From: Octopus bimaculoides
Taxonomy: Eukaryota
Assembly: GCF_001194135.2 (NCBI RefSeq)
Contig: NC_068984.1
Span: 47,386,729 to 47,448,070, forward strand
Direction: 5' to 3'
DNA: 61,342 nt
The notes beneath the pieces were generated by a model, which ran no database searches, was not told the origin of the DNA, and saw nothing but the letters and a program-made list of their open reading frames with translations. The position numbers and the translations under genes are program-made. Below, in pieces: positions 38,220 to 52,329 of the stretch. Position 1 is the first letter of the stretch, and every line of letters begins with the position of its first letter.

Positions 38220-41200
38220 AACTAAAGGCGGAGTCAGTTATTGAAGTTTTTATCGGGGATGAAACCCATAAGATCTACGCACAATATTGTATCGCAAGAA
38301 ATCATTGACTAATTCTATATTCTTTCTACATAATTATTTTACCCTGTATATTACATATTTGTAGTTGAAAAGATTACAATATAGAGTTAATTTATTCGAA
38401 CCATTGACGTATCGAAGTGCAGGTAAAATAATTCGAACAATAAACCATTCAGCTTCAAAATCGCCACCCACTACAACTTATCTGCACGAAGTCTCCTTCA
38501 GTGCAGTATATATAATTACATGAGATAAAGAAATCAACTATACGAACAAAAAGCTTGTCTTACGCATTTAATAAAGTACGAATGAAAATACCATTACTAT
38601 TTTACGATAAAAGTTTCAATAATTTTCATTTATCCAGAGAAATTCTAAATAAATTATTGATAACATATACCTTGGTGAACAAGAATGAAAACCATCCAGA
38701 GAGGACAGAAAATTTACCTTAGAAGTTACTTTACATGTGCCTTTAAGATGTATGAATAGTATACTCAAGGAAGTGGGTATTTCAAGCACTACGCTACTTA
38801 GGTAAATGAATAATAAAGGGCTGATAGATAAATAGGGAATATAATTCAGTAAAAGAGATCATTCGACACAAAGGTGCAATGATGTGGCTAAATATTTAAT
38901 ATATTAAAAAATACTAAAAGCAAGCAATTTCTTTTAGGTGCATTGTCGGCTGTCTGGCTGAGAACAATTAAATCGTTATTAGTTCTAATTAGGTACAATG
39001 ATAAATTATTTTGTCATGAACTTGGTTGAATCAATACCAGGGTATAACAGAAGTACATTTTATTGAGCATGGATCAATGAAAATTAATGCAATGATAGTC
39101 ATCTGTAGATTCATCATTCTATTTAGTAAAATGTTTTCTTTCACACTACTATATCCGTTATCGATAATCAGTTAAAACTAATGATAAAATAACTTGTTTC
39201 AAAATTAAGACTTCTTAAAAATGATTTAAGACGTAACTCTGTGTGACTTTTATGCGTTTTCTCAAATCATATTATCTTCGAGTGTGATCTGACAGAATCC
39301 CAGTTATTGATAATCACGTAAATGTTTGACAAATGCATAATGATATAAAATAAAAATAAAAACAGTGCACAATATTTCAAGTATGTATTTGAAATTACAA
39401 ACATCAATTTCAAATTACCAGAAGGAACAGGTCTCTGTCAATGTCATACAACTAAGGTGTGTCTAAAACGTCATCATGGATTTTCATATGTGACGACTAT
39501 ATTTTGTAGATGATCAAGCAAACTATGTTGCTCCGCACTCATTGAAGAGTGATCATATGGCCCTTGCTCGTATTCGTGTTCAAGGGTGTACACGATAAGT
39601 AAGAAGTAACATAGTGTAAATCGAATAAGTCATCTTATAAACTGGGGGAAGAATAACTGATAGAACTAGGAAGCATAAATAAGGCTGACCGAGGGTGTTG
39701 GCACATCCACACCTCTAATACTATTGAGAATTGGATGCATGTCTTTATATCATTGATGTTTACATCAGAAAATTGTTAATATGCTCGAAGTGATATAAAG
39801 TATTTCGATCAAAGAATGCAACGCAGCATCGTTGAAAGTACAATATATGAAACCCTATGTCCCTAATCTAACACTTTATCAACCCGATAATGTGCAATTT
39901 AACATTTTTTTCACACTGATACTAGCGACCTATTGTGCTTCTCTGCGATTGCTCTCTGCATTTCGCTCTCCATCATACATGGAAAGTTTCTCACATGGAA
40001 AGTTTACCTCTCTCTATCAGTGTCTTTCAGTCTCCGTCAATTTTCTACCGCTTAATCTCTTTCGTTTTAAAACTGAGTCCAAATTCATTCTCCAAACCTT
40101 CCTCTCCCCCTCCATTTCTTCTTTTGAATGTCTCAGTCTTTCTACTGTTGTATATCGTTTTTACGGTCATCTTTTATTACTCTGACTGTTAGACCCATGT
40201 GCTCCCTGTCGCTTTTTTTCTGTTTGTTGCCCAGTTTCGAAACATCTTTCCATGTCTACCACACATGCGTATATCAACACACACGCGAACATGATTTAGT
40301 CAAACAATGAACTCAAATTTCTCCTATGACATCTGTTGCTTCCACTCAGCTGTGAAATGCAAAGCACTCCGCTGACAGTTTTGACATGCTTTTCTGCACC
40401 TACTCACGCACATACAAATGCGCATCAGAAAAAGTTACTGAAAGACCCTACGGTGAAGATATAATTTATGGTCATACTGTCAAATAACATAAATGAGGGA
40501 GACTCTATGGTAACTAGATATGCTAGAAATGGCAACGAATTTTCTTTCAACCGAGTCATATGTGTAAAAGAAAATGAAAGAGTACATTGAATAACATAGT
40601 ACTAGTGACATTGTATCTTATAAAATAAAACAGACAATCATGTATGTCGTTTGGTAACAGATGGCATGGGGTTAAAAAATAAACCACACACTCACACAGA
40701 ACTGAAAGAAATGAAACAAAAACAAGCCTAAATAAGTAAATAAAGCGCTTATTGTTTACAAAACAATGACTTTTCAAATAATAGTAAAAAATATTGATTT
40801 CCTGCATAAGCGCAAGTTCAGAATTTGGGGGAAGAGTTAGTTGATTATATCGATTCGCGTAATTCCCTGATACTTTATTTTAACGACCAATATCAAAATA
40901 ATTTCGTTTTTTGGTTACAAGGGCACAGGTCGTTATGGGGACTATAAAGGCGGAATATATTGAAAGACAACAAAAAAACAGTGGAAAAAATAATAAAGGG
41001 GTAATATCAATAATGACACGTTAATAAAGAAACCTAATAGTACAGAACAAAAACCTTCTTAAAACAGAAGAGAACCTACATGTTTCTCTCTCCCTCAACA
41101 GTGACAAACTCAGATTACCCTAACCACAAAGATATTCTAATTGTTTTTGCCGTTCACATACAGCCATATACTGTGGGCTCTTTTAGCCACGCATATCTCG

Positions 41201-41240
41201 CTAATCTAACACATCGTTCAGAAAACTTACTGATAGGTAA

Positions 41241-41313
41241 CATCTTCCTCTCTAACTAGACCATCTTCCTCTCTAACTAGACCATATTCCTCTCTAACTA
41301 GACCATATTCCTC
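41241..41313 (+). repeat. 21-bp minisatellite, 3.5 copies
   Basis: cat(c/a)ttcctctctaactagac starts at 41241, 41262, 41283 and 41304. Confidence 0.95.
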
Positions 41314-41754
41314 AAAAATTCGTTATTAATGATGTCGAGGAATTGACTCCATTGAAAAGTTCTGTAGACCTGTCGATAGCGTCCTTACAACTCTCTCGGC
41401 GTCAGCCAGCCAGTGCGGGCCCCCGAGGTTAGCTTTCCAGATTCGACGCAGAATTCATTCGGCATAAGCCACTTTGGCACTGAGAAATTTTTTATTTTAA
41501 TTTTACATGGAAAACTAAATTATTTAAGAACATTGGTCATAATTACCAAATGAAAACACTAAAAGTTATGTATTCGATAAATAAACTTATACATCAACTT
41601 AGGTCTGCATTTGACCCAGGATTGCAGCTTACCGACACGTAACTACATCTATTTACTGTCATTGATATACAAAAATTATAACAATTTCTAAAATAAGGGG
41701 TCACAAATTTCGGGTATAAATTAGTTAATTATATCTATTCTAGCTTATAATTTC

Positions 41755-41860
41755 TACTTTACTGTATCAACCCTTAGTGGATGAAAAGCAAAGTTGTCGA
41801 CAACCTTATTTGAATTCACGACATTAAAGTTACGCAAAGAGATAATGCAAAGTATATTGG
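41755..41860 (-). mobile_element. SINE family B, old fragment
   Basis: atcaacccttagtggatgaaaagcaaagttgtcgac...atttgaattcacgac. Confidence 0.5.
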
Positions 41861-42474
41861 CAAGTGCCTGTATGGTTGATACAAATATTAAGATTAAATA
41901 TATAAATAAATAAACGATTACTAAAATGAAATAAATTATAGTAAATACAGAGAAGACATTTTCAAATGACAAGAAAATCATAATAAATGATGTGGTACAG
42001 ATGTTAGAGGTGAAAGTTAGTGGTTACATTTCTTTGTTGCACACTTTATAATATGATTTATCACCAACTTCTATTATGTATTGTTGCTGTTACTGATGTT
42101 ATTATTGTTGACGTCATGGTTTAACCTATGTCTGTATTTGAAATTAAAAACTAAAAAAAAAAAAAGACTTCTGTTGACAGATTTATTACACACCTGCTTA
42201 TATGTGTGCGTGTGTATGTGTGTGTCTGTAGGATAAAATACACAAATGAGAGGAATAAAGGTAATTAGATAAACTAGTGTTGTTTTATTGTACAGTTTAC
42301 CACGTCAGTAACTCAAGGAACAAGAGTTCCGTTTTAACGTATTTATCAAACGATACTTGCCATAACGAAACTTAGGAGTGTTCTAGCTCTCAGCTATAAT
42401 AAAATACCATGCACATGTATGTAAATGATATATATAATAGTATATAAAAATGTATTTGTGTGTGTGTATGTGTT

Positions 42475-42506
<32 letters not shown>

Positions 42507-44473
42507 CAAAGAATGAGGCATGAAAGAAGCAGAGAGATAATGGATACCGGAGAGAACTAATATGTATAATGGGGGGGAGGGGGGCAGAGCGAGATGGTGA
42601 GAAAGTGACAGAAAGGAGAGGCAATAAAGAGAAACACGAATGGACGAATAAACTAAGAAAGAGAAGAAAACGAAAGATAACAGCACGAAAGAATAAGATA
42701 AATCAAAAGAGAGATAGTAACGCAGTACATGAAACACAATGTCTCTACCGCTTTATGACACAATCTATACTTTCTCTATGGATGTGAAATTCTAGGTTCT
42801 GAACTCAAAATTCTAGTCCTCATATGGCTTAAATAAACACTATTACGTAACCTACCACGATGGCAAGTGCATCATTATTATACTGTACATTACATAAATT
42901 CGACATGCCGTCTAGGTGTTACGAACAAACAAACGGTAGAACATCAAACTAGTTGATAAACTCTGTGAACATAAAATAAAGAGATGAATCCCCATGACTT
43001 TCTTGCACGCACGAACACACACATTCACCAGGGTATAGTGATGAGCGATAATTGTTTTAGCGAACTACCCACTTCCAAACGCAAACATAAAAATCTCCCA
43101 CAAAGAATCTTCCCTTTGGGGCCATTTAAACAACCACCCCACAGCTCTCCTAGCCATTTGCTCTAAGTTTAGCTCAAGGGTTGCTCTGTTGTTATATTTC
43201 AGAAGAAGCGTGTATAAACACTTACAGTTATTCGCCTTACATAAATATATGTATTATAGTAACTCATACACGAAAACGTATGCACACGAGTGAATACCAC
43301 ACAAACGCATACACATTGCGTTTGATCATATACATGATCATACAAACATAGACACACAGAATATAAACAACGTTCCTACGTAACTTCCCAAACATAAAAT
43401 AACGAGAATGTATAGAAACTACAGTAAACTCTTTCTCCCTTCACACACACACACCTTATCACAAACAAGGTTACCAACCAAACGTATTTTCTGTCATAGC
43501 TCAGCGCGAAAGGAAGAACTATATGGAAACATGCGCAGGCGCACTAACGATTTTTAGACAACACAAATGACACATAAAAAAGTGTGAATGTAGCATCTAT
43601 GGTTTGATCGCACAATTCGTATCAACACCATAAAGTCAACCATGAAAAACATACACTAATGGCTGTCAGGGTGACCGAGAGCCTCAAAACTGTATTTCGA
43701 ACTATAGAAACTGCAATCAGATTTCCTTTAAATGAAACCCTAGCATCTTTTAGAAAAAAGAAAACATTTATTAATTTAGACATATCTGCGATGCTTCCGC
43801 TGTTGTATATAACAGTTACCTGTTCCTATTTTGCAGCACCTAATTACAGCAAGGTCAACAGTCGAAGGATGCGAACTGGTGGCCTTTACTCTGCTAGCTA
43901 TCACTAATAATTCTCTCAGCTGCAGTTTGACTAAGATTTACCATAACATATACAGACCAACAAAAGAAAGTTTATAGTCACTCAAACAACAACAAACAGT
44001 AGTCAAATCACCGTCAATTACACCCTTCTGTCTTATAAAAGGAAGACATATATAATTTCATCTCACATCAGAGATGTTTGAATTACAGGTGCGTCGGCCG
44101 CATACTGCCAACATGTTCTTTTTGTGAAGATAAACTATGCCAGTAATTTTTAACTTACGAAATTTTGTGAGAGTTTGGAAACATATTTGAATATAATATA
44201 TTTGAATTTTACCTTCTGAATGGGTGCCACAAACAAAATCCAAACAGAAAACGAATATATGAATGTCATACGTTTAATAAAGAAAGCACAAATGAATATT
44301 TACAAATATCACCAGTACTGCAATGTGCCTGATATGCAAAGACATTGCTGCTGCTTTAAGAAGTAGTAAATTTGAATAGAAAATTTTCAGATTAACCTCA
44401 GTAACTTGGGAAGTAATTTATCACAAAACCAACTATGGCACAAAAAATAACCTATTTGCATAAATATTTAGTA

Positions 44474-44516
44474 ACTAGTTGGCCACGTGCCGTCAAAAAC
44501 GACGGCTAATTGTAGT
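44474..44516 (+). mobile_element. possible Helitron 3'-end signature
   Basis: GC-rich hairpin gccgtc-aaaaac-gacggc followed shortly by gtagt (CTAG-like). Confidence 0.3.
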
Positions 44517-44686
44517 ATTTTATATATAAAAAGGGTACAAAACGGTGAGATAAAAACCAAACAGCGCTTCAACTCTGTGTGAGTATATGAGTGTGCATAT
44601 GTATACATTGATATGTATGAGTAGCACAGTCTGTAGCAAACGCGGTTTTCTATACTTTGTTACAGCTCCCTCCCTTTCAAAGTTTA

Positions 44687-44722
<36 letters not shown>

Positions 44723-45072
44723 TGCGCTTTAATTATTTTCTTTTTCCACCGTTGAATTTTAACCATCTCACTTCCATCGGTGGATATATAAATATATTTT
44801 ACACACACACACACACACATTAGCATAATCATAATGACCAATATGTGTAGCCATTTTGCTACACATATATCTATATACACAGACGCCGTTCAGTTTGTCA
44901 TCACCCCTTCCTTCGTCAGTCATCTCTTGTGACAGACAAAAACACAAGAGAATTATATATTAGTAGATTTTACTATTTTTGCCGAATGCGGTTCCTTACA
45001 AACCATATTGATATTCATGTGACCCCCATGGAAAAGATATTGTCCCGCTCTGTTCTAGATAATACTAAAATA

Positions 45073-45355
45073 TTAGGTTGCCCGGAAAGTTCTGAGAGTT
45101 TTTAAGCTAAATCTTTTAACGCTTCTTTGAACACACCTGAAGTCTATAGAACTCATAGCAAGGCAAAACATTTAACAATTTAGATGGAGTCAAAATGCAT
45201 CTAGATAACCTTTTTCTACAAGACCAGTCAAATTTTATGCTGATGGAATATCTAAATTGCCTGATAGACGAGCAAAGGTCATTAATAATAATGAAATTAT
45301 TTCATTGAATAACATTTATTGAAAGGTCAATTATTTATAACTCCGGACAGCATAA
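45073..45355 (+). mobile_element. mariner-derived mini-element
   Basis: TA-ttaggttgcccggaaagttc left TIR, degenerate right TIR aactccggacagcataa; interior KTFNNLDGVKMHLDNLF / FYADGISKLPDRRAKVINNN is the mariner C-terminus. Confidence 0.65.
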
Positions 45356-45539
45356 CAAATAATATGGTGTATGTAAGTCTGATCAATGAGTGTCGATTTG
45401 AAGTTTTAACAATATTCAACTAAGAATTATTCTTATTTCTTTAAAATTTGTTCTTGCAAATCATGCAACCATACAAGAAACCGCTACAAAAGTTTATTTT
45501 GGGGGTCTGCTTCTAAAATTGACTTATAAAGAGAAATTT

Positions 45540-46320
45540 TAACGGACAATATGCTTGATGCTGCTCATAGCTTGTGTCAAGAGACTGAAATTGAAGCTAG
45601 ATCTTAGTCAAGAAGAATGTCATTTCATAGAATGCGCGACAGCAGCTACTTCAGGTTGGCAAGTCGTTTGTGTGGAATTCACTGGCATTAGATGAGAGCA
45701 CAAACATACCATGCACAACACTGTATTTGAAACAGGAACTGATGACAATTTTGCAATTAGTGAAGAGTAACTGACGGTTCAACCATTAACAAAAATTAGG
45801 GGCTGGCCAAGATTTGTATGACAGTGGTTAATATCTGTTTGAATTGATCTAGTTTACCGTAGAACAAGTTGACAATCATTATAACATAAAGTGTACTTTC
45901 ACCAACAAAAAACATGCCGGCCTCATAAGGCAGTTCAATAGAAGGTGAAAAATAGCACTTCATATTATCATTATATAGCATTATCCACTACGAAAGTTTG
46001 CATAAATCTATCCTGCATTTTAAGCATGTGATTGATCCTATACTATGTGTTATTAAATTGATCAGAACCAGAAGGCTAAATCACAGATAATTCAGAAGTT
46101 TGGTTTGATGGATGATATGAATATTTAGATGTATTCTGTCATAGCAATGCGTATTGGTTAAAATTGGGAAATGCTGTGCAAAAAGTATTGAAACTAAGAG
46201 AATAGATTGTGTTCTTTCTTGAAATGAATAACAGTTATGAATTTTAAAACAACACGAAAATGATAGAATGACTGTGCGATTTAGAGTTCATAGTTGACTT
46301 TCGACAATTTCTTAACAGCG
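45540..46320 (+). pseudogene. hAT (Charlie/SPIN, GTF2IRD2-like) transposase remnant, heavily decayed
   Basis: NSLALDEST (first catalytic Asp), D.NFAISEE*, LHFKHVIDPILCVIKLIR..RLNHR*F, LREXI.FFL, CDL.FIVD, with many frameshifts. Confidence 0.75.
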
Positions 46321-47224
46321 TAGTCTACCATAATGAGGCAAAGTTCTGTGCACTTTTGCGACCATGTCGTTGATACAATTCTAGTAGAACTGTGTAAGTG
46401 GCTTTCTAGAAATAACAATATAACCTCCCTAATTCACACCACTTTCTTTAAAAAGGAAGGAGACAATAAATAACGTTGGGTAGTACATAACAAGAAGGTC
46501 ATGTCTGGGATCTCTTTGATGGCATGCCTAGCCGAGTGCTAAACAAGAACAACAATATTACTGCCATCAAAACACTGGTAATAACATCGGATATGAAGCT
46601 AAAGAATAACCAACACAACCACAAAACTCGAAGAAAGCAATTATGTGTGGTAGTCACTGCTACAAATAGCAACAATAGTTTTCACTAAGGAAGTCGCTAT
46701 GCGATTACCCAAACAATTAGAAATAGTAGCCATATATTCGTCAAATAGCTAAAGCTTCCTGAAATAATATTCTACTGCAGTAGATTCTAAACTTTTTGAC
46801 TTGCTACTTGATTGGCTATCAAATATAAAATTATATATCGTACTTCGCATGGAGAATTTAAAGAAAAGTTTTAAAGTTAAAGCTTTAGATAAATAACTGC
46901 TACTTGCCTTGCTTTATTAAATAAAATCACGAATAACACGTTTCTTTTCTTTTCAAGATGCTCGAGTATTAATTACTCTGGATATAGTACAATTTCAAAT
47001 TATTTTAAAAATCTGCGACAGTTATCTTTTACTTGCTGGTTCTGGAGGAACAAACAGTGCCCAGGGCATTTGCAGGCCTTCCGAGACCGGTGAGATTGAA
47101 GCCACTGTAAGCCAACGCTTGCAGGAAATATATGAACAAAGAAGGAATTCTAAAGGGTTAACTTCCTTGGACAGTAGGATCGGGTATATTAATTAGTTCA
47201 GGTTGAGTTAGATACAACAAAGAC

Positions 47225-47282
47225 GATGAGAGGAGGAGAAGCGAGTGGGATGAGAGGAGGAGAAGCGAGTGGGATGAGAGGA
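47225..47282 (+). repeat. 24-bp purine-rich tandem repeat, 2.4 copies
   Basis: gatgagaggaggagaagcgagtgg starts at 47225, 47249 and 47273. Confidence 0.9.
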
Positions 47283-48739
47283 CTTGGGTGGAGGAAGCAT
47301 GAACTCAGCCAGTACTTTGGAGCAAAGGCAATTATTGTAGCGGTAGGAAAAGCAAATAGAGGAAACTGCAAGACAGATGCCGGAGAATGTTTGTGAGTGC
47401 GTTTAAGCCAATCAATAGGGTGGCCCTCTTTTTGCTAAGAGCCATTTAGGATACTTGTATATGAAGCAGTAAGACCATTTGAAATGTTAAAATAATGTTG
47501 CATTATGAATCTCACCCTAGCTTAGTAGAATTTCGGCCTTTCGCAGCAGAGCTCCACGGTATTAAAAAAAAAAATGATGGATGATGTCTAAATGATCATA
47601 GCGAACCTTAGATTAAAGAACACTACTCTGATTTCACTAATAACAATATCACACACCTCACCGCTACCCCTAACAAGAATAACGCCCAATACTCTTAAAA
47701 CTACTGCACAAACATAAATCCACACTTTACATTTATCCTCAACATCACCATTACCTCTACTGCAATAATACATTCTTTAAATAATGAAACAACATTTTAA
47801 TTACACCCTCAAGCTAGCAGACAAAGGCCCCAGTTCGTGTGCAGGCCAGTGGAATGTGTGATGGCTTCAGAATGCTAGTCTGAGGAAAGAAAGAAGAACG
47901 GGAAGAAAAACAGTGCCAATAAAAATGTGTAACTGTGTGTGTGTAATCTTAGTTTATATTTGTATTCTAAAGGGATTTAGGTATATGAATAAATTTAATC
48001 ATTTACATAGAAAACAGACCGCAAGGCATTTCGTATTTGTATGTTTAGTTGTACACACACGCTCACAAGCACACTCATACACAAACATACATACATACAA
48101 ATATATAAATAGATGTGAGGCTTCGGAAGTCTATCTATCTGTCTATCCTTGCATTTGTATAAACATTCATATGCTGGCGTATACGTACGAGCGTAAATTC
48201 ATACTCCCATACTTCGATGTGAAGGAGCTAGCTCACAGACGCATATACACACATACACGGGGTCTATGAAGATCGGTTTCTCTTTACCTCCACCCTGGCC
48301 CGTTTCAAATGAAAGGCCTGGCGCGGCGTCGGTTACAGATTTGTTATGGCTGCGAAGCGATGTTTAATGAAGAGTGGATGTGAGGGAAGGTTAAGAAAAA
48401 CTACCGCCTTTCCCACCCACCTGCCACCCGTACTCTGAACAGATGCAGAAAAGGAGCAAAGAAATTTAGAGTTTAGGGGAGAATCGGAGCGATTTTAAGG
48501 GCTGCCAGAACTAATTCCAAAACTAAATGGAAATTGGAGGTTCATAGCAATGTTTATAAAGGTCGTTAAAGAAAGTGTATTGGTAGTGGTGTGTATTGAA
48601 AAACAAGTAGTAGGTGTGGTTATGGTATGTGTTAGTGACTCAAATTTTAACACACTACAAGGGACAATATCAAAATCCCTGTTGGTATTCGACTCCAGAC
48701 TCGGTCGTGTTCAATCAATTCAGAGGATAATTTGTTAGT

Positions 48740-48967
48740 CTAGGGACTCCCCAGACAACACCTTTACTCCATACTATGCGAGGTGAAAAGAAACCATGGA
48801 AGAACTACACTGAGATTCAAAGATACCGCAAAAACGAATATGACGTGGAAAGGAATTGATCACAATAAATAAATAGCAAACTTAAGCAAAGATGCCGACC
48901 AGTATGGAGAAAGCTTATCAAGTCAAGCCAAAGCCTGGACAGTCATAATCGTGACGACTGGCTGCAG
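48740..48967 (+). mobile_element. RTE-clade LINE 3' end with (TAA)n tail
   Basis: GLPRQHLYSILCEVKRNHGRTTLRFKDTAKTNM..KGID matches the RTE ORF C-terminal pattern LP+Q+LY..L..GKR..GRP.LR+KD; runs into (TAA)n at 48968. Confidence 0.75.
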
Positions 48968-49010
48968 ATAATAATAATAATAATAATAATGATAATAATA
49001 ATAATAATAA

Positions 49011-49735
49011 AGACAGAGACATAAGCAATTATATGCACAGCTCATGAGCTGCACAAGCGTTAGGGACCAACTATGTGAAGTGCAAAGTAGACAACACTAC
49101 CGACAGCAACAGATGCAAAATGTGCAGTGAGAGAGGTGAAACGGTATGGTACATCGTTAGCGAATGCCCGAAATTGGCACAACGCAAATACAAAATACGA
49201 CATGACGATGTGTCAAGAATGATCCATTGGGAGCTCAGTGGAAATCCCGGCCTACAAAGAGCAAAGACGTGGTATGAGCAAATTCCAGAAGGAATCACCG
49301 AGAATGAGAATTGCGAAATCCTGTGGGATGCAATGATCCAGTGCGATCATCTGACCAGACATCGGAAACTGAACATTGTTGTGGTAGATAAAGAAGAAAG
49401 AACATGCATGGTAATCGACATAGCATGCCCTGGTGACAACAGGTTCAAAAAGAAGAAAAAATAAATACGAAGGTTGTGATCAGTGAGGAGAGTAGACGTA
49501 ATATCAATAGTAATTGGCGCACTTGGAGGTATCAGCACCCAACAAGCAACATGGCTCAAAAACACTACAAGTGTGAAGGTAGAATACCTACAAAAATCAG
49601 CATTGCTGGGAACTACAAGAATTCTTCGCATGGTTCTTGAAGCATGACCAGTAAACAAGTGTCACCTTAGTCTTCTGGCTTTGGACAGCGGACACTTTCC
49701 ATCATACCCAGCAAAATAAGATGTGTTTTCATCAC

Positions 49736-49736
<1 letters not shown>
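49011..49736 (+). mobile_element. R4/Dong-clade retrotransposon, 5'-truncated, inserted in (TAA)n
   Basis: CKMCSERGETVWYIVSECPKLAQRKYKIRHDDVSRMIHWEL, EILWDAMIQCD, VIDIACPGD, IVIGALG, LQKSALLGTTRILRMVLEA*; TAA tracts at 48968-49010 and 49737-49771. Confidence 0.9.
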
Positions 49737-49771
<35 letters not shown>

Positions 49772-49917
49772 TTCTATAGAACAACGCTATGTACAAATCC
49801 AAATATATGGTACCCTAGGCATAACACCTACATGAACTACTAACTTGTTGTCTCTTGAGGTCTCTGGGTGAGACTTGGATCCAACTTGTACAAATGCAAA
49901 GCAAAAGTCAAACATAA
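49772..49917 (+). mobile_element. R4/Dong-type 3'-UTR-only fragment with (TAA)n tail
   Basis: tgtctcttgaggtctctgggtgag matches tgtcccttgacgtccctggttgag in the 3' UTR of the 21585-22460 copy; (TAA)n on both sides. Confidence 0.55.
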
Positions 49918-52329
49918 AATAATAATAATGTGTGTGTGAGGAAACATATTTGAATTACTTAATCTCTGCGAAACTTCCTTATTACTAATAAGAGCATGTA
50001 TCGGATTTGTTTCAACTGGCTTCAAATGATCCTTTATGAAAAAACGTTATGATTAAAGATAATATAAAAACTGAGCAACCTACTGTGTCCAAAATAACCC
50101 TTCCTGTTTATAAAAACGTTTCGGTTTGAACTAATGAGAAATCGCTTGTCTTTCTCATAGCAGTTTGAGCGACCGCGTAAAGGTTCTGCCATTCGCTTTT
50201 GTATTACACGGATAGGTGTTGCTGACCCTTCGCAGCAGCAACGTGCAAGATAAGTAAAAATTAAAATAAAAACCCAAGTAGATAAAAGCGAAATTACAAC
50301 ATAACACAAATGAGTAACTCGATTAGCAAATAGAAATTTGGAAGAAGGCAGAGAACTGGCATAAACTCAGAGAGCAAATAAATATACAAACTGACTGAAA
50401 CAAGAGAAAATATGTGTATGTCCAAGATTGGTGCCACCTGTTTTCACTGCAAACAATGTGTTTACGATTACTTTAGAGCTTTACCCCTCTTAGGTATCTT
50501 TGTAAGTAAGATCAAGAGACAGAACCGCTTCTCTCCAAACCGTTATTGGGCGATCACCGTCACCACTCTCAAATCAACACCACACACAAGCACCATTTCC
50601 AACACTAATTCTCTTCTATATTAAATTTTCATCACACCTCCTTCTCTGCAGCATTTTCAGCCCCACCCACCTCGACATCATCCAACTGCACACCCTACGA
50701 GATTGCCTAATGCACTTATTGGCATAATCTCTATTACGAGTGACATACAAACATATATATGCATCTGTACATATACACGTATCCACTTATCTCCCGCGCT
50801 TTTCTATATTTAATTTTGTGTGTTTATGTGTGTATGTGTGTTGTGCAGACGCACTGTGGTGCGTGTTATGTACTCATACTATATATAAGTACATAACATG
50901 CACCACGGTGTGTTTGCACTAATGAACCCCTTCAATGTTCTAATTTGAATTGCAGCCGTTATTAGCAACAATATTAGTTATAATATCTAATGGTTTTAAA
51001 TAGAAATCTAATCTAAAAGCCGATCTACTTATAACTATTACTCTTAATAGGACGAAAACTGGTCTCTATAACGAAAATAGGATGAAGCCGAACGTTTCAC
51101 GTGGTTCAGGGTTCGCTATCAAGGCAAGGCACATTGTCTTCGAATATAAACACGTCGACGAAGGTTTTGCGAAAAAAAACTAGATAAAGAGGTGCTATAT
51201 GGAAACCCTTTGAGCGGGCAGAATCGGATATGTCATGATTTGTGAACCCTATCCGCTTTTGTCTGAGGTTCTACAAAGGACACAGGTGCTTCCTCCTCTG
51301 ACTGAGACCTATAAAGGAAATTGACTGTGGTAGACAGAATAAAGTAATACTTCCTCCACGAACAACAACAGTACATTTGTTAATTAAGTTTGTTAATCAA
51401 CGAAAGCTGTTGATTCAAAAGTATGAACCACATTACAAGTGCGCGAATTTGTTAATTAGGGAAGGGTATTTGAAACGAAAACAGAGGGTCATGTTTTTAT
51501 AATTATGCTACATTTCATTATTAAGAAAGTAGACCTCATTCAAGAATACTGTCTCCCTAAACCACCTTTGTTTTCTATTTTTTTTTAAATATTTATTTTG
51601 ATAAGTCTTAATCAAAGAGATTAGGGAGCATCAAAAAAGGGAGCCGAATCGCTTCTGCCCCAATTATCTGATTGCTTCAGCAGAATGAGAAGAGGCGAGT
51701 GTGAGCAAGAACCACATATATATATATATANNNNNNNNNNNNNNNNNNNNNNNNNNNNNNNNNNNNNNNNNNNNNNNNNNNNNNNNNNNNNNNNNNNNNN
51801 NNNNNNNNNNNNNNNNNNNNNNNNNNNNNNNNNNNNNNNNNNNNNNNNNNNNNNNNNNNNNNNNNNNNNNNNNNNNNNNNNNNNNNNNNNNNNNNNNNNN
51901 NNNNNNNNNNNNNNNNNNNNNNNNNNNNNNNNNNNNNNNNNNNNNNNNNNNNNNNNNNNNNNNNNNNNNNNNNNNNNNNNNNNNNNNNNNNNNNNNNNNN
52001 NNNNNNNNNNNNNNNNNNNNNNNNNNNNNNNNNNNNNNNNNNNNNNNNNNNNNNNNNNNNNNNNNNNNNNNNNNNNNNNNNNNNNNNNNNNNNNNNNNNN
52101 NNNNNNNNNNNNNNNNNNNNNNNNNNNNNNNNNNNNNNNNNNNNNNNNNNNNNNNNNNNNNNNNNNNNNNNNNNNNNNNNNNNNNNNNNNNNNNNNNNNN
52201 NNNNNNNNNNNNNNNNNNNNNNNNNNNNNNNNNNNNNNNNNNNNNNNNNNNNNNNNNNNNTGCAGAGTTGAGAAAGTATGGCTGATTGATTTTGACACAA
52301 TATATTATTATTATTATTATTATTATTAT

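Noticed and set aside
43025-43075. gTGATGAgc...gcGAAC hammerhead-like motif
   Set aside because: C3 and A15.1 are missing and there is no stem I.
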